A DNA stretch of 64,000 bases, taken from positions 2,272,001-2,336,000 of the forward strand of contig CBDBCY010000004.1 in NCBI GenBank assembly GCA_965203555.1, written 5' to 3'. The stretch is from Acidimicrobiia bacterium (GTDB lineage: Bacteria; Actinomycetota; Acidimicrobiia; Spongiisociales; ZC4RG35). The position numbers and the translations under genes are program-made. How positions within the stretch are numbered: the stretch's first letter is position 1; every line of letters starts with the position of its first letter. The notes under the pieces were generated by a model that was not told the DNA's origin, did no database searches, and worked only from the letters and a program-made list of their open reading frames with translations. Shown here one piece after another: positions 29,689 to 38,414 of this stretch.

Positions 29689-31230
29689 ATGACCGATTTG
29701 TCTGTACGGAAAGCGGGTGAGGAGCCCAAGATTCCTCCCTTTCCGGCCGCCTTGTTGGGGTACCAGCGCAGAGCTGTCGATCGGTACCTGAAGGGCCTCA
29801 TTGAATCCAAGGCTACGGGGTCACAAGTACTTGGATTGCGTCCCGACGCCATTCTCCCCGCCGAAAATTTGAACCGCTACCAGGACTTGGGGAGGGAGAT
29901 AGGAGAACTCCTTTCGGCCGTTCAGCAAACAGCGACCGCGATTAAGGAACAGGCGGAAATGGACGCCGCCCAGTGGCGGGGAGAAGCCACCATCGAAGTG
30001 CAAAAGAGAATTGCCGAGGCGCAGACCGCCGCCGAGGAACTGCGGGCAGCTGCCTGGGAAGTCTCCACTCAGATGATCGTCCAGATCCAAGAGGTGGAGA
30101 GGGACGCGTATCGAAGCATACGAAAGCACTCCCAGGAGGTCCTCGCCGAGGCCGAGAACGAATCTCACCGTATCCGAGAGGACGCCCGACGTAGAGCAGA
30201 AGCTATTCGAAGCAACGCTCACGTGGAGTCACTGGAGGTGGAGGAGCGGACGAGAAACCTCTGCGATCAGATGATTGAGTCCGCCGAACAGCAGGTCTCC
30301 GCCATTCAGGAACGAGTATTGGCCCTTGAGCGTCATCGCGACCAACTTCTGGAAGAGATCGGGGGGATTCGTTCGGGGGTGGCGCCTATTGGAGTGAAGC
30401 TGGTTGACCAGACCGGTGGCCTAATCTACCCGTCCACTCCCGCCGAGGAGGCGCCCAGCCATGTGACTCCTCAACACGAAATGTCGGGACTGGTGAAAGT
30501 CATCTCTCCAACCGGAGAGTCTGAGGACGTCTCTCCCCAAGACTCCCCTGGCAAGACCTCTGAACAAACCACCACGGGTTCCACCGAGGAGAAAGTGAAA
30601 GAAGAGCCGACAAAGCAACTCGACAGTCCTGTCCACCCGGACTTTGAAGATCTCTTCGCGTCCCTTCGCGAGATATCCGTTCCTGTGCCCGGGCCTGCTG
30701 TCGGGGGTACAGAGGCATCCCGACCTCCGATGGTGACCCACATGGGAAAGGACGAGGCCGTCGAATTGAGGGAGGCGATGTTGCTTCCCATCTCCAACCA
30801 GTTTGTCCGCCTTTTCAAGAGGCTGCTGACCGAGGAGCAGAATCGAGTACTGGAAGGGATAAGAACCAGCCAGTTGAACTGGGGTGAGGAGGAAGTCAGC
30901 AATCGACTGCGGTCTCATCTGGAGATGCTGGCCGAACAGAGTTGGCAGGCGGGCCACGGCGCCGCGGAGCGGATGGCCGGCCGGAGCATTCCCAGGCCAG
31001 GCATGGCTTTGGAGGAAGAACCAGGCTTTACTTCCCGGTTGGTGGCCGATGTGAATGAGGCCATAGACCTCCAGGGTGAGGAGGGCGACACCCCGAGGAG
31101 CCTGATGGTGTCCCGGATGTTCCGGGTCTGGAGGAGCGAAAGATTGGAACGCCACTTGCAGGAACTGAGCGAAAAGTATTACGAGCAGGGCTTGGCGGAA
31201 TCCCTGGAAGCGGTGGGCGCCTCCAAATGA
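29689..31230 (+). CDS. DivIVA-like coiled-coil protein
   Basis: N-terminal FPAALLGYQRRAVDRYL resembles the DivIVA motif; followed by a long A/E/Q/R-rich coiled coil. Confidence 0.6.
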   Translation: MTDLSVRKAGEEPKIPPFPAALLGYQRRAVDRYLKGLIESKATGSQVLGLRPDAILPAENLNRYQDLGREIGELLSAVQQTATAIKEQAEMDAAQWRGEATIEVQKRIAEAQTAAEELRAAAWEVSTQMIVQIQEVERDAYRSIRKHSQEVLAEAENESHRIREDARRRAEAIRSNAHVESLEVEERTRNLCDQMIESAEQQVSAIQERVLALERHRDQLLEEIGGIRSGVAPIGVKLVDQTGGLIYPSTPAEEAPSHVTPQHEMSGLVKVISPTGESEDVSPQDSPGKTSEQTTTGSTEEKVKEEPTKQLDSPVHPDFEDLFASLREISVPVPGPAVGGTEASRPPMVTHMGKDEAVELREAMLLPISNQFVRLFKRLLTEEQNRVLEGIRTSQLNWGEEEVSNRLRSHLEMLAEQSWQAGHGAAERMAGRSIPRPGMALEEEPGFTSRLVADVNEAIDLQGEEGDTPRSLMVSRMFRVWRSERLERHLQELSEKYYEQGLAESLEAVGASK

Positions 31231-31387
31231 CTGATTGAAATGAGCGGTTCTCTGTCCAACACGGAGGCAGGCAAGATCGGGTCGTGACCATCTTTGGCGT
31301 TGTCGGCATTGATCGTGTTACGCAGCCGTTTTTGGTTTATCGACTCCCTCCCGCATAGCTTTGCGCCATTGCTAAGGTGGGTGAGGG

Positions 31388-32755
31388 TTGGTCCGCAGGT
31401 TGCTATCGGGGTTCTTGGTCGTCGTGGCGTTGGTCGCCTGTGTCGAGGCGGAAGAGTCGGTGCAAGTCCCGAACCGGTCCTCTGCGGGGGCCGAGCAGCA
31501 ATCAAAGACAGGACCAGAGGCGGGGGTGACAGACTCTCCCGGCTCCGTTGCCGGTGAGGGAGTCGTAGAACAGGAAGAACTGGCGGAGCAGGTTGCAGGG
31601 GAACAGGATCTTCTCCTGGTAACTGGTTCCGGAGGGGAAGTGACGGTGATGAGACCTGATGGAAGGCCGGTCCGAGCGCTTCGAGCCTCCACTGGAATCG
31701 GAGGACCGAGCCTGCAGCCCACCTGGGCGCCGGTCTCGTTGAAGGGTCGTCACCGGGTGGCATGGACCGAACTCGCCGAGGACGGGACGTTTCACATCAC
31801 GCTGGCCGATGTGGTGGACGGCAGCATGACAAGACACGAGTCGCCGATAGCCCCTTTCTACTACTACTGGAGTCCTGATGCCACACTGCTGGGGTTCTTG
31901 GGTCAGAATGCTTTTTCCCCGTTGCAGATGGGGGTGGTGGACGTACAACGTGACACATTGGAATTGGTTGGCGAAGGCCGGCCTTTCTACTTCGATTGGC
32001 GAGCCGATTCCAAGGCCATCGTGACTCACGTCGGCGATGTCCTGTCGCTACTTACCCATGACGACGAGGTGTGGTCGACAGAGGTTCTGCCGGTAAGACC
32101 GGGGCTTTTCCAAGCGCCGGCCTGGATTTCCCCGGATCGGATTCTGGTTACTACATCCAATACACCCGGCGGCGTCGAGGTGGGTATGAGAGCAATCCCC
32201 GGCGTCCAGGGCGATCCATCCGGGCAACGCCTGATTGTCAGTAATTTGGATGGTCGTTCCATCAGCACTTTGGCTGATCTGGAGGGGGCGGCAGCCTTTG
32301 AGCCAGACCCTGACGGATCAAGGGTGGCGTTCACCGATTTCGACGGTCCGCTGATGGTATTGGACATAGCGGAAGGAGTCTCGTCGCCGGTTTCCGAAGG
32401 AAGAGTTGCCGCGTTCCAGTGGAGCCCTGACGGAAGTCGGCTCTTGCTGATGGAGGTGGACCCCGAGGCGCAGCTATTGGTGCCCAAGGTTTGGGATGGA
32501 AGCGACACACTGGTGTTCCCCCCATTTTTCCCCACCCGGGTGTTCCTTCTTCAATACCTGCCGTTTTGGGATCAATACTCCCGAAGTCTTACCCTCTGGG
32601 CGCCGTCCGGAGAGGCCTTCACTCATCCGGCTGCAAATGCGGACGGGGATCGGATCATGGTACAGCACTTGAGTGAAGCAGGGCCCGTCGAGGTAAGCAG
32701 AGGCGTCTTTGCCAGCTGGTCTCCCTCTCCGGTCTCGGTCGCCCCGCAGCCATAA
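31388..32755 (+). CDS. TolB-like beta-propeller lipoprotein
   Basis: Lipobox ALVAC; repeated WSPD/WAP blade motifs. Confidence 0.7.
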   Translation: MVRRLLSGFLVVVALVACVEAEESVQVPNRSSAGAEQQSKTGPEAGVTDSPGSVAGEGVVEQEELAEQVAGEQDLLLVTGSGGEVTVMRPDGRPVRALRASTGIGGPSLQPTWAPVSLKGRHRVAWTELAEDGTFHITLADVVDGSMTRHESPIAPFYYYWSPDATLLGFLGQNAFSPLQMGVVDVQRDTLELVGEGRPFYFDWRADSKAIVTHVGDVLSLLTHDDEVWSTEVLPVRPGLFQAPAWISPDRILVTTSNTPGGVEVGMRAIPGVQGDPSGQRLIVSNLDGRSISTLADLEGAAAFEPDPDGSRVAFTDFDGPLMVLDIAEGVSSPVSEGRVAAFQWSPDGSRLLLMEVDPEAQLLVPKVWDGSDTLVFPPFFPTRVFLLQYLPFWDQYSRSLTLWAPSGEAFTHPAANADGDRIMVQHLSEAGPVEVSRGVFASWSPSPVSVAPQP

Positions 32756-32757
32756 TC

Positions 32758-32778
32758 GGGGCCCTGAACCAGGGCCCC
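32758..32778. terminator. GC-rich hairpin just after the TolB-like gene (putative terminator)
   Basis: GGGGCCCTG-AAC-CAGGGCCCC, perfect 9-bp stem; no clear U-tract. Confidence 0.5.
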
Positions 32779-34507
32779 ACCCCCACCGCCGCCAAACCGG
32801 TTGGAACGAGGTGTGGCCAGGCTGGCGCCAGCCGGGTGGATTACCTCGTGTGAGAAGCCGAGGAACGGCAAGGAAGAGACGCCCTCACCGATGGAACCGT
32901 TTCGGTGGAGGACGCTCGGATTGATCCCGCTTAGGTGGAACCTGCCAAAGCGGTGATTGTCGATGCGAACAGTGTGCAGTTGGGGGTGTGACACTAAGGA
33001 ACAAAAGCCGTAAAAGATCCAACCACGAATGCTTCTTGATCAGCTACGGTGTGCTCGGTTGGCTAGGGCGTGTTCATGTTTCGGAGGGTGTTGTGGATGG
33101 GGGCGAAGGTGTTGAGGGCGAGGATATGTCGAGTTTTCGAATCGGGAGAGGTTTTCGTCGGTAGCTCTTGGTTTCCTGAGAAGTCGTTCTACTGGTTAGG
33201 TCTTGTGTCCGTTTGCTGTGGGGATGACGAGCCCTTCTGGCCGGGCGGGGTGGTCAACCCCTTGGAGCAGGTGGTCCTTGTTTTGTTGGGTGTCCGCATG
33301 TGGGTGAAGACTTGTTCTGGTTTGCTTGGCGACAGGGAGGAACCTCCGATCGGGAGGGCCGGTTCTGTCACCAAGCGCCCGGTGGGTCGGGTGTCTTGCG
33401 GCAACCGTTTGGTGGACTCTTGCGGAAAAGTTTTAGTGTTTGTTTTCACAACTTGGTGATGTTTTGTCACACCCTCTGTGCATACTGTAGACATGAAACA
33501 AACAGTCAACAGTCGGCGGTCCGCCAACCTGGCCAAGTTGCTGTCACCCACCATGCCGGTCGTGGATGCGTCGGTTGAAGAACTGAAACAGCGTATCCAG
33601 TCCACCATCCGTGTCCAGAACCAAGTGGCGGCGGTCCGCGCCCAGGCGGTGTCGGAGTTGCGCCGCCGCCAGGGGACGGAGAAGGTGGAGACGATTTTGC
33701 GGGAAGACGGTCTGTTGGGCCGTCGGAAGGCACGGTCGGAGGTGGAGACCGCCAAAGAATTGGAGGAGCTGCCCAAGACGCGGGAGGGTTTCCTAAAGGG
33801 AGAGATCTCTGCTGACAACGCGCGTATCCTGGCGGGCGCCAACCAGAGGGGAACCATCATCGAGGACGAATTGTTGGACGGTGCCCGTTCCCAGTCTCCT
33901 GACAAGTTCGCGGCTACGGTACGCAAACACGAACAGAAGCGTTCAGAGGATGATGGTGTTTCCAAGTTGGAGCATCAGCGTTCCCGCCGGTTCGCGAGGA
34001 TCACCACCGACCAGGACGACGGGATGACCGTCCTGTACGGGCGTTTCGACCCGGTCACCGGCGCCCGGGTGGAGACGGCGGTGTCTCACATGATGAAACA
34101 ACTATGGCACCAAGAAGACCCCACCGAGCGGGCTACTGCGGGTCAGCGGATGGCCGACGCCATAGCCGAACTGGTCACCCGCCAAGGAAAAGACGGTCGA
34201 TCGCAGGGCGTGCGGTTGTTGTTGATCGCCGACTACGACACGGTCAGCCAACAGTTGGGCAACCCTCGCCTCGAGAACGGAACCCCCCTCCCCGCCCGTA
34301 CGCTACGCCAGTTGGCCTGCGACGCTCAGATACTCCCCGCCGTCTTCTCGGGTTCGTCGGTGCCGTTGGATTTGGGACGGGCGCGGCGGACGGCCAGCGG
34401 TTCCCAACGGGCCGCGCTGGTCGCCCGGGACAAACACTGCATCGGGTGCGGCGCCAAGGCCTCCTGGTGCCAGGCGCATCACATCGTCCACACTCATACT
34501 TATAGGC

Positions 34508-34689
34508 GTGTCCGGGCCGGGCAAGTCTGACTCAATCGTTAACCGACCTGTTGTCTTGTGCCAGATCTGTCGGCTTGTTCCGGCCCGGACACAAGCACCT
34601 CCCGAAGGGGGGCGGGGTGACTTGATAGGAGCTTTGATTTCTCCGCCACCGCGAGTGTTCCGTCCGCTGCTCCCCTTTTTCGGGCAGGT
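34508..34689 (+). ncRNA. Putative IS110 bridge RNA (target-binding and donor-binding hairpins)
   Basis: Hairpin 1: GTGTCCGGGCCGG (34508-20) pairs with CCGGCCCGGACAC (34580-92). Hairpin 2: 34597-34612 pairs with 34672-34689. Loops carry segments matching the target and donor (see findings). Confidence 0.72.
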
Positions 34690-34719
34690 CGAAAGAAGCG
34701 TACCTCGAAAGAGGGGAGG

Positions 34720-35936
34720 ATGAACATGAAGAACCGGGCTGATATCTATGGTGGGGTTGACACCCATCGTGATATGCATGTCGCAGCAGTGGTGGACACC
34801 ACCGGTCGAGTCCTGGGAACGGCTTCGTTTCCGACCGATACGATCGGCTACCAACAACTACACGATTGGTTCAGGTCATTGGGAAGGGCACTCCGAGTAG
34901 GAGTGGAAGGCACCGGAAGCTACGGTGCCGGCCTGACCCGTTATCTGACCCGGGTCGGTATCGAGGTGGTGGAAGTCAACCGTCCCAATCGCCAACTGCG
35001 CCGACAGAAGGGCAAGAGCGACACCGTGGACGCTGAAGCCGCCGCCCGCGCCGCTGCCAACGGTATGGCCACTGCTCTGCCCAAGACCGCCGACGGGCCA
35101 GTAGAAGCGATACGGATGTTGCGGGTCACCCGCCGCTCGGCGGTCAAAGCCCGCACCCAGGCCGCCAACCAACTGCACGCCCTGGTGGTAACCGCTCCCG
35201 AGCAGGTAAAACACCAACTGGTGGGCAAACCCATCCGTACCAGGGTCAGGATCTGCGCCGCGTTCCGTCCCGCCGACGACCACACCACTGTCGCCTACAC
35301 CAAGAAAACTCTCCGTCACCTCGCCCGCCGCTACCAGACACTCACCGCAGAGATCCGAGAACTAAACACCGAAATCGAACGTCTCTGCGTCCGGGTCAAC
35401 CCAGCACTCATCGCCGCGGCCGGGGTGGGCCCGGACGCAGCAGCCGCGTTACTGATAGCATCCGGCGACAATCCCCACCGCTTGCGCTCAGAAGCATCCT
35501 TTGCGGCGCCAGTCCCGTCCAGGCCTCCTCAGGACAGACCGTACGGCACCGCCTCAACCGCGGCGGGAACCGCCAAGCCAACAACGCCCTCTGGCGTATC
35601 GCCATCACCCGCATGCGCATCAACCAACCCACCCAGGAGTACGTCCGAAAACGCCAATCCGACGGCAAAACCCGCCGCGAAATCATCCGTTGCCTCAAAC
35701 GCCACATAGCTCGAGAGATCTACCACCTACTCACCAACCCCCCACCAACACCCGACACCGCCCAGCTCCGCACCCAACGACAACACCACCAGATCACCCT
35801 CACCCACGCCGCCACAGCACTCCGCATCCACCCCACCCTCCTCTCAAAACTGGAAAAAGGCCAACACCACGACCACCAACTCGCCACCACCTACCAACAC
35901 TGGCTCACCACCCAAAACCCGATTTGGAAAAAATAG
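34720..35936 (+). pseudogene. IS110 recombinase/transposase with a frameshift near 35500 and a C-terminal HTH
   Basis: GGVDTH, GVEGTGSYG, KSDTVDA (DEDD). After EASF the conserved CGASPVQASSG..HRLNRGGNRQAN..RCLKRHIAREIY continues in a different frame. Ends with an XRE-like HTH. Confidence 0.85.
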
Positions 35937-36503
35937 GAGCATCTGGCAAGACGGGGGTCCCACGAACCTGGACAACATGTGTCTTTTGTGCAGCAGATGC
36001 CACCACAAAGTCCACGACAATGACTGGACAGTACACAAAACCCCAACCGGCGAATACACCCTCCGCCGCCCATCAAGCATCGCCTGGCGACCACGGCACC
36101 GTACCCCCAACCGCTACCGCCGCCGATCCACGCGCCGACGCCCGATCAAACAGAGAAAATGACCGAACCCGCGTCCTGTCTCTATGGTTCCTGCCAGCCC
36201 GTTTTTGCCACTCTTGATCCACGCCCATCCCCAATGGTGTCCCTGGAAGCACTTTGAACACCAGATACAACACCCCGCTAATTGTTTACCGGCTCAAACG
36301 GTCATAAACAGCGCGCCACCTCCCAAACCGGGACGGCAACCCCCGCCACCTGCCGCCATACTCCCGTCACCTGCCAAACAGCGTTCAACACCTTACAGAT
36401 TCAACAAGCCTGCCCATGCACCCTGACACCGCAAAACAAACCGCTATCCGTCCACTGAATCCCAACATCTCCACCGCTACACCACCCAGGCGTGAAACAC
36501 GCC

Positions 36504-36863
36504 CTAATCCCAGCCCAGTTGGTGCAGTCGCTTTTCCGAGAGACCCAGGTAATGTCCCAGTTCGTGCAGCAAGGTCCGGCGGATCTCTTCTTCGGTCTCG
36601 GTCCGAGAAAGCCCCAGGTCCAGATGAGCCAACCGGTAAATGCGAATCTCGTCGGGCAGGACTCCCCAATAGTCCGCAGCGCGGTCCAGCAGTGAGACCC
36701 CGACATATTCACCCAGCAACTCATCCCCACAATCTGCCTTCCTCTCCTCTGGAGGAGGGGCGTCCATGGCCACCACCACCACGTTGTCCATCAACGAGTT
36801 CACCCATTCGGGTAGTTCGGCCAGTGCCCGGTCTATCACCTGCTCGAAGTCGTCCCTGCGCAT
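36504..36863 (-). CDS. Zincin-like metallopeptidase (DUF1025 family)
   Basis: FEQVIDRALAELP, LLGEYVG, LPDEIRIYR, TLLHELGHYLGL. Confidence 0.87.
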   Translation of the reverse strand: MRRDDFEQVIDRALAELPEWVNSLMDNVVVVAMDAPPPEERKADCGDELLGEYVGVSLLDRAADYWGVLPDEIRIYRLAHLDLGLSRTETEEEIRRTLLHELGHYLGLSEKRLHQLGWD

Positions 36864-36873
36864 TTGTGGGTTC

Positions 36874-37272
36874 TCAATACAGCGCAAGCACCGCTTCGAT
36901 TTCCACTACCGCTCGGGGGTCGGCCAATCCGCTGATCACAAGCAGGGTGTTGACCGGATAGTCGCCGTCGGGGTACCACTCCGAAAACACTTGGTTCCGT
37001 CCCTGGTAGAAACCCTGTAGGGCGGTCGCTGTCACGTAGGTTCGCAGGGAGGCGATGTCTGATGGGGAGGCGCCCAAGGATCCGACTAAGGCGTTGAGAT
37101 TGGAAAGGGCGTCCCGGGTCTGAGCGGCAGGGCCTTGCGCCATCGTTCCGTCTTTCCGACGACCGGTCTGTCCTGCCAGCCAGGCCAGGGAGGCGCCGGG
37201 AGGAGCTCGGGACACCAGTGAATACGGGCCGGTTGGGCGGCTTACTCCCGGCGGATTGCTTTTCCACAGCAT
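36874..37272 (-). CDS. RidA/YjgF/UK114 family protein
   Basis: GPYS, LAGQ, AQTRDALSNL, LADPRAVVEIEAV. Confidence 0.85.
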   Translation of the reverse strand: MLWKSNPPGVSRPTGPYSLVSRAPPGASLAWLAGQTGRRKDGTMAQGPAAQTRDALSNLNALVGSLGASPSDIASLRTYVTATALQGFYQGRNQVFSEWYPDGDYPVNTLLVISGLADPRAVVEIEAVLALY

Positions 37273-37325
37273 GACGACGTTGGCAGGAATCTACCAGCCG
37301 AAGTTCCGTCTTTCCAGATCTGCTA

Positions 37326-37341
37326 AGATTGGATCCAATCT
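37326..37341. promoter_or_regulatory. Perfect 16-bp palindrome, candidate GntR operator
   Basis: AGATTGGATCCAATCT between divergent ridA and cupin starts; related ATAGGATACAAT at 41829-41840 upstream of tctC. Confidence 0.6.
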
Positions 37342-37373
37342 GACAAATGCTCCCATAGGAGGTCTCCACCAAG

Positions 37374-38414
37374 ATGACAACCCGCACTCGTACCGCCACC
37401 AGTCACTACGAAGTCCAGAAAAAGCGCAGATCCGACGAACTGGAGTACTGGCGAGAGAACCGCCTGCACGTCGTCAGAGGCTCGGAAGTGGTCATGCATC
37501 CCACCCCCCGGGGAATTGACCGGGGAGTGCTGGTGGGGCTGGACGGGGACCGGCCGAGTCTGGTGCTGGACGCCCACCGCCATGACATGGCGCCGGGTGT
37601 GGTCTCCACGGTTCATCGTCACTCCTGGGACGCCATCATGTTCGTAACCGATGGTCGAGGATGGACGGAAGTCAACGGGCGGCGATACGACTGGAGGGCC
37701 TGGGACACCGTGTACCTACCCGCCTGGGCATGGCACCGCCACGGAAACGAAGGGGATTCCACCGCCTCATACGTCACCTTCGGCTCCGAACCCTTGGCGG
37801 AATTGGTGGGCATGGCCATCATCGAAGAAGGGGGCGATGCTCCTTTTGGTGATCTCCCGCCCTCGCTGACGGTGGCTGCCCCGGGGATGGGTTCGGATCC
37901 CTACACGCGACGAATCGAGCGTTTGGCCCGCCGCCAGGAGGCCTTTTCGGAGACTCGCATCATGACCGCTTTTGACGACATCCCTTTCCGGGTGACTCCC
38001 CGCGGGGCTCGAAGCGGGTTTCTGGTGGACCGGAGTCTCGGATACAACACTGGTGGCCTCACCGCGGTTATACACCAATTGGCGCCGGGTCTCTACCAGT
38101 CTCGCCATCGTCACGGGGGAGAGGCTTGGCTCTACTGCACTACCGGCCAGGGGTACAGCGTCATTGATGATGAACGCTATGACTGGGGTCCCGGTGACAT
38201 GGCCGTGGTCGACCACTGGGCCTGGCACCAGCATTTCAATGCCTCCGATACCCAGATAGCCGCCATTATCCGGGTTCACAACTTCGACAGTCTCTACATG
38301 GGCATGCGGGCGTTGCTGGACCCCTTGCCTCTCTTCGAGGAACCTCCCAAACTGGATGCTCCCGATCTCGCCGACATGGAATGGCCCCCTGCCGACGCCG
38401 GTCGACCGCAGTGA
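37374..38414 (+). CDS. Bicupin protein (gentisate-dioxygenase-like fold)
   Basis: Two cupin motifs: HRHSWD...WHRH and HRHGGE...WHQH. Confidence 0.8.
   Translation: MTTRTRTATSHYEVQKKRRSDELEYWRENRLHVVRGSEVVMHPTPRGIDRGVLVGLDGDRPSLVLDAHRHDMAPGVVSTVHRHSWDAIMFVTDGRGWTEVNGRRYDWRAWDTVYLPAWAWHRHGNEGDSTASYVTFGSEPLAELVGMAIIEEGGDAPFGDLPPSLTVAAPGMGSDPYTRRIERLARRQEAFSETRIMTAFDDIPFRVTPRGARSGFLVDRSLGYNTGGLTAVIHQLAPGLYQSRHRHGGEAWLYCTTGQGYSVIDDERYDWGPGDMAVVDHWAWHQHFNASDTQIAAIIRVHNFDSLYMGMRALLDPLPLFEEPPKLDAPDLADMEWPPADAGRPQ

Larger units (their letters stand above)
34492..35943 (+). mobile_element. IS110-family insertion sequence
   Basis: Precise interruption of the HNH codons with only a single shared C; no TIR or TSD; DEDD recombinase gene preceded by a 228-bp non-coding left end. 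Confidence 0.88.
33493..36162 (+). pseudogene. DUF222 (13E12-repeat-like) HNH endonuclease interrupted by IS110
   Basis: 5' part: QRMADA, RQLACDA, PLDLGRARR, ARDKHCIGCG..CQAHHIVH (to 34491). 3' part resumes at 35944: WQDGGPTNLDNMCLLCSRCHHKVH. Joining 34491 to 35944 restores the frame. Confidence 0.88.
33066..36504. mobile_element. TIR-bounded element with TA flanks carrying a DUF222-HNH gene (no cognate DDE transposase seen)
   Basis: Left TA|GGGCGTGTT (33064-33074) and right AACACGCCC|TA (36496-36506); imperfect inverted similarity extends about 35 bp inward. Confidence 0.65.
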
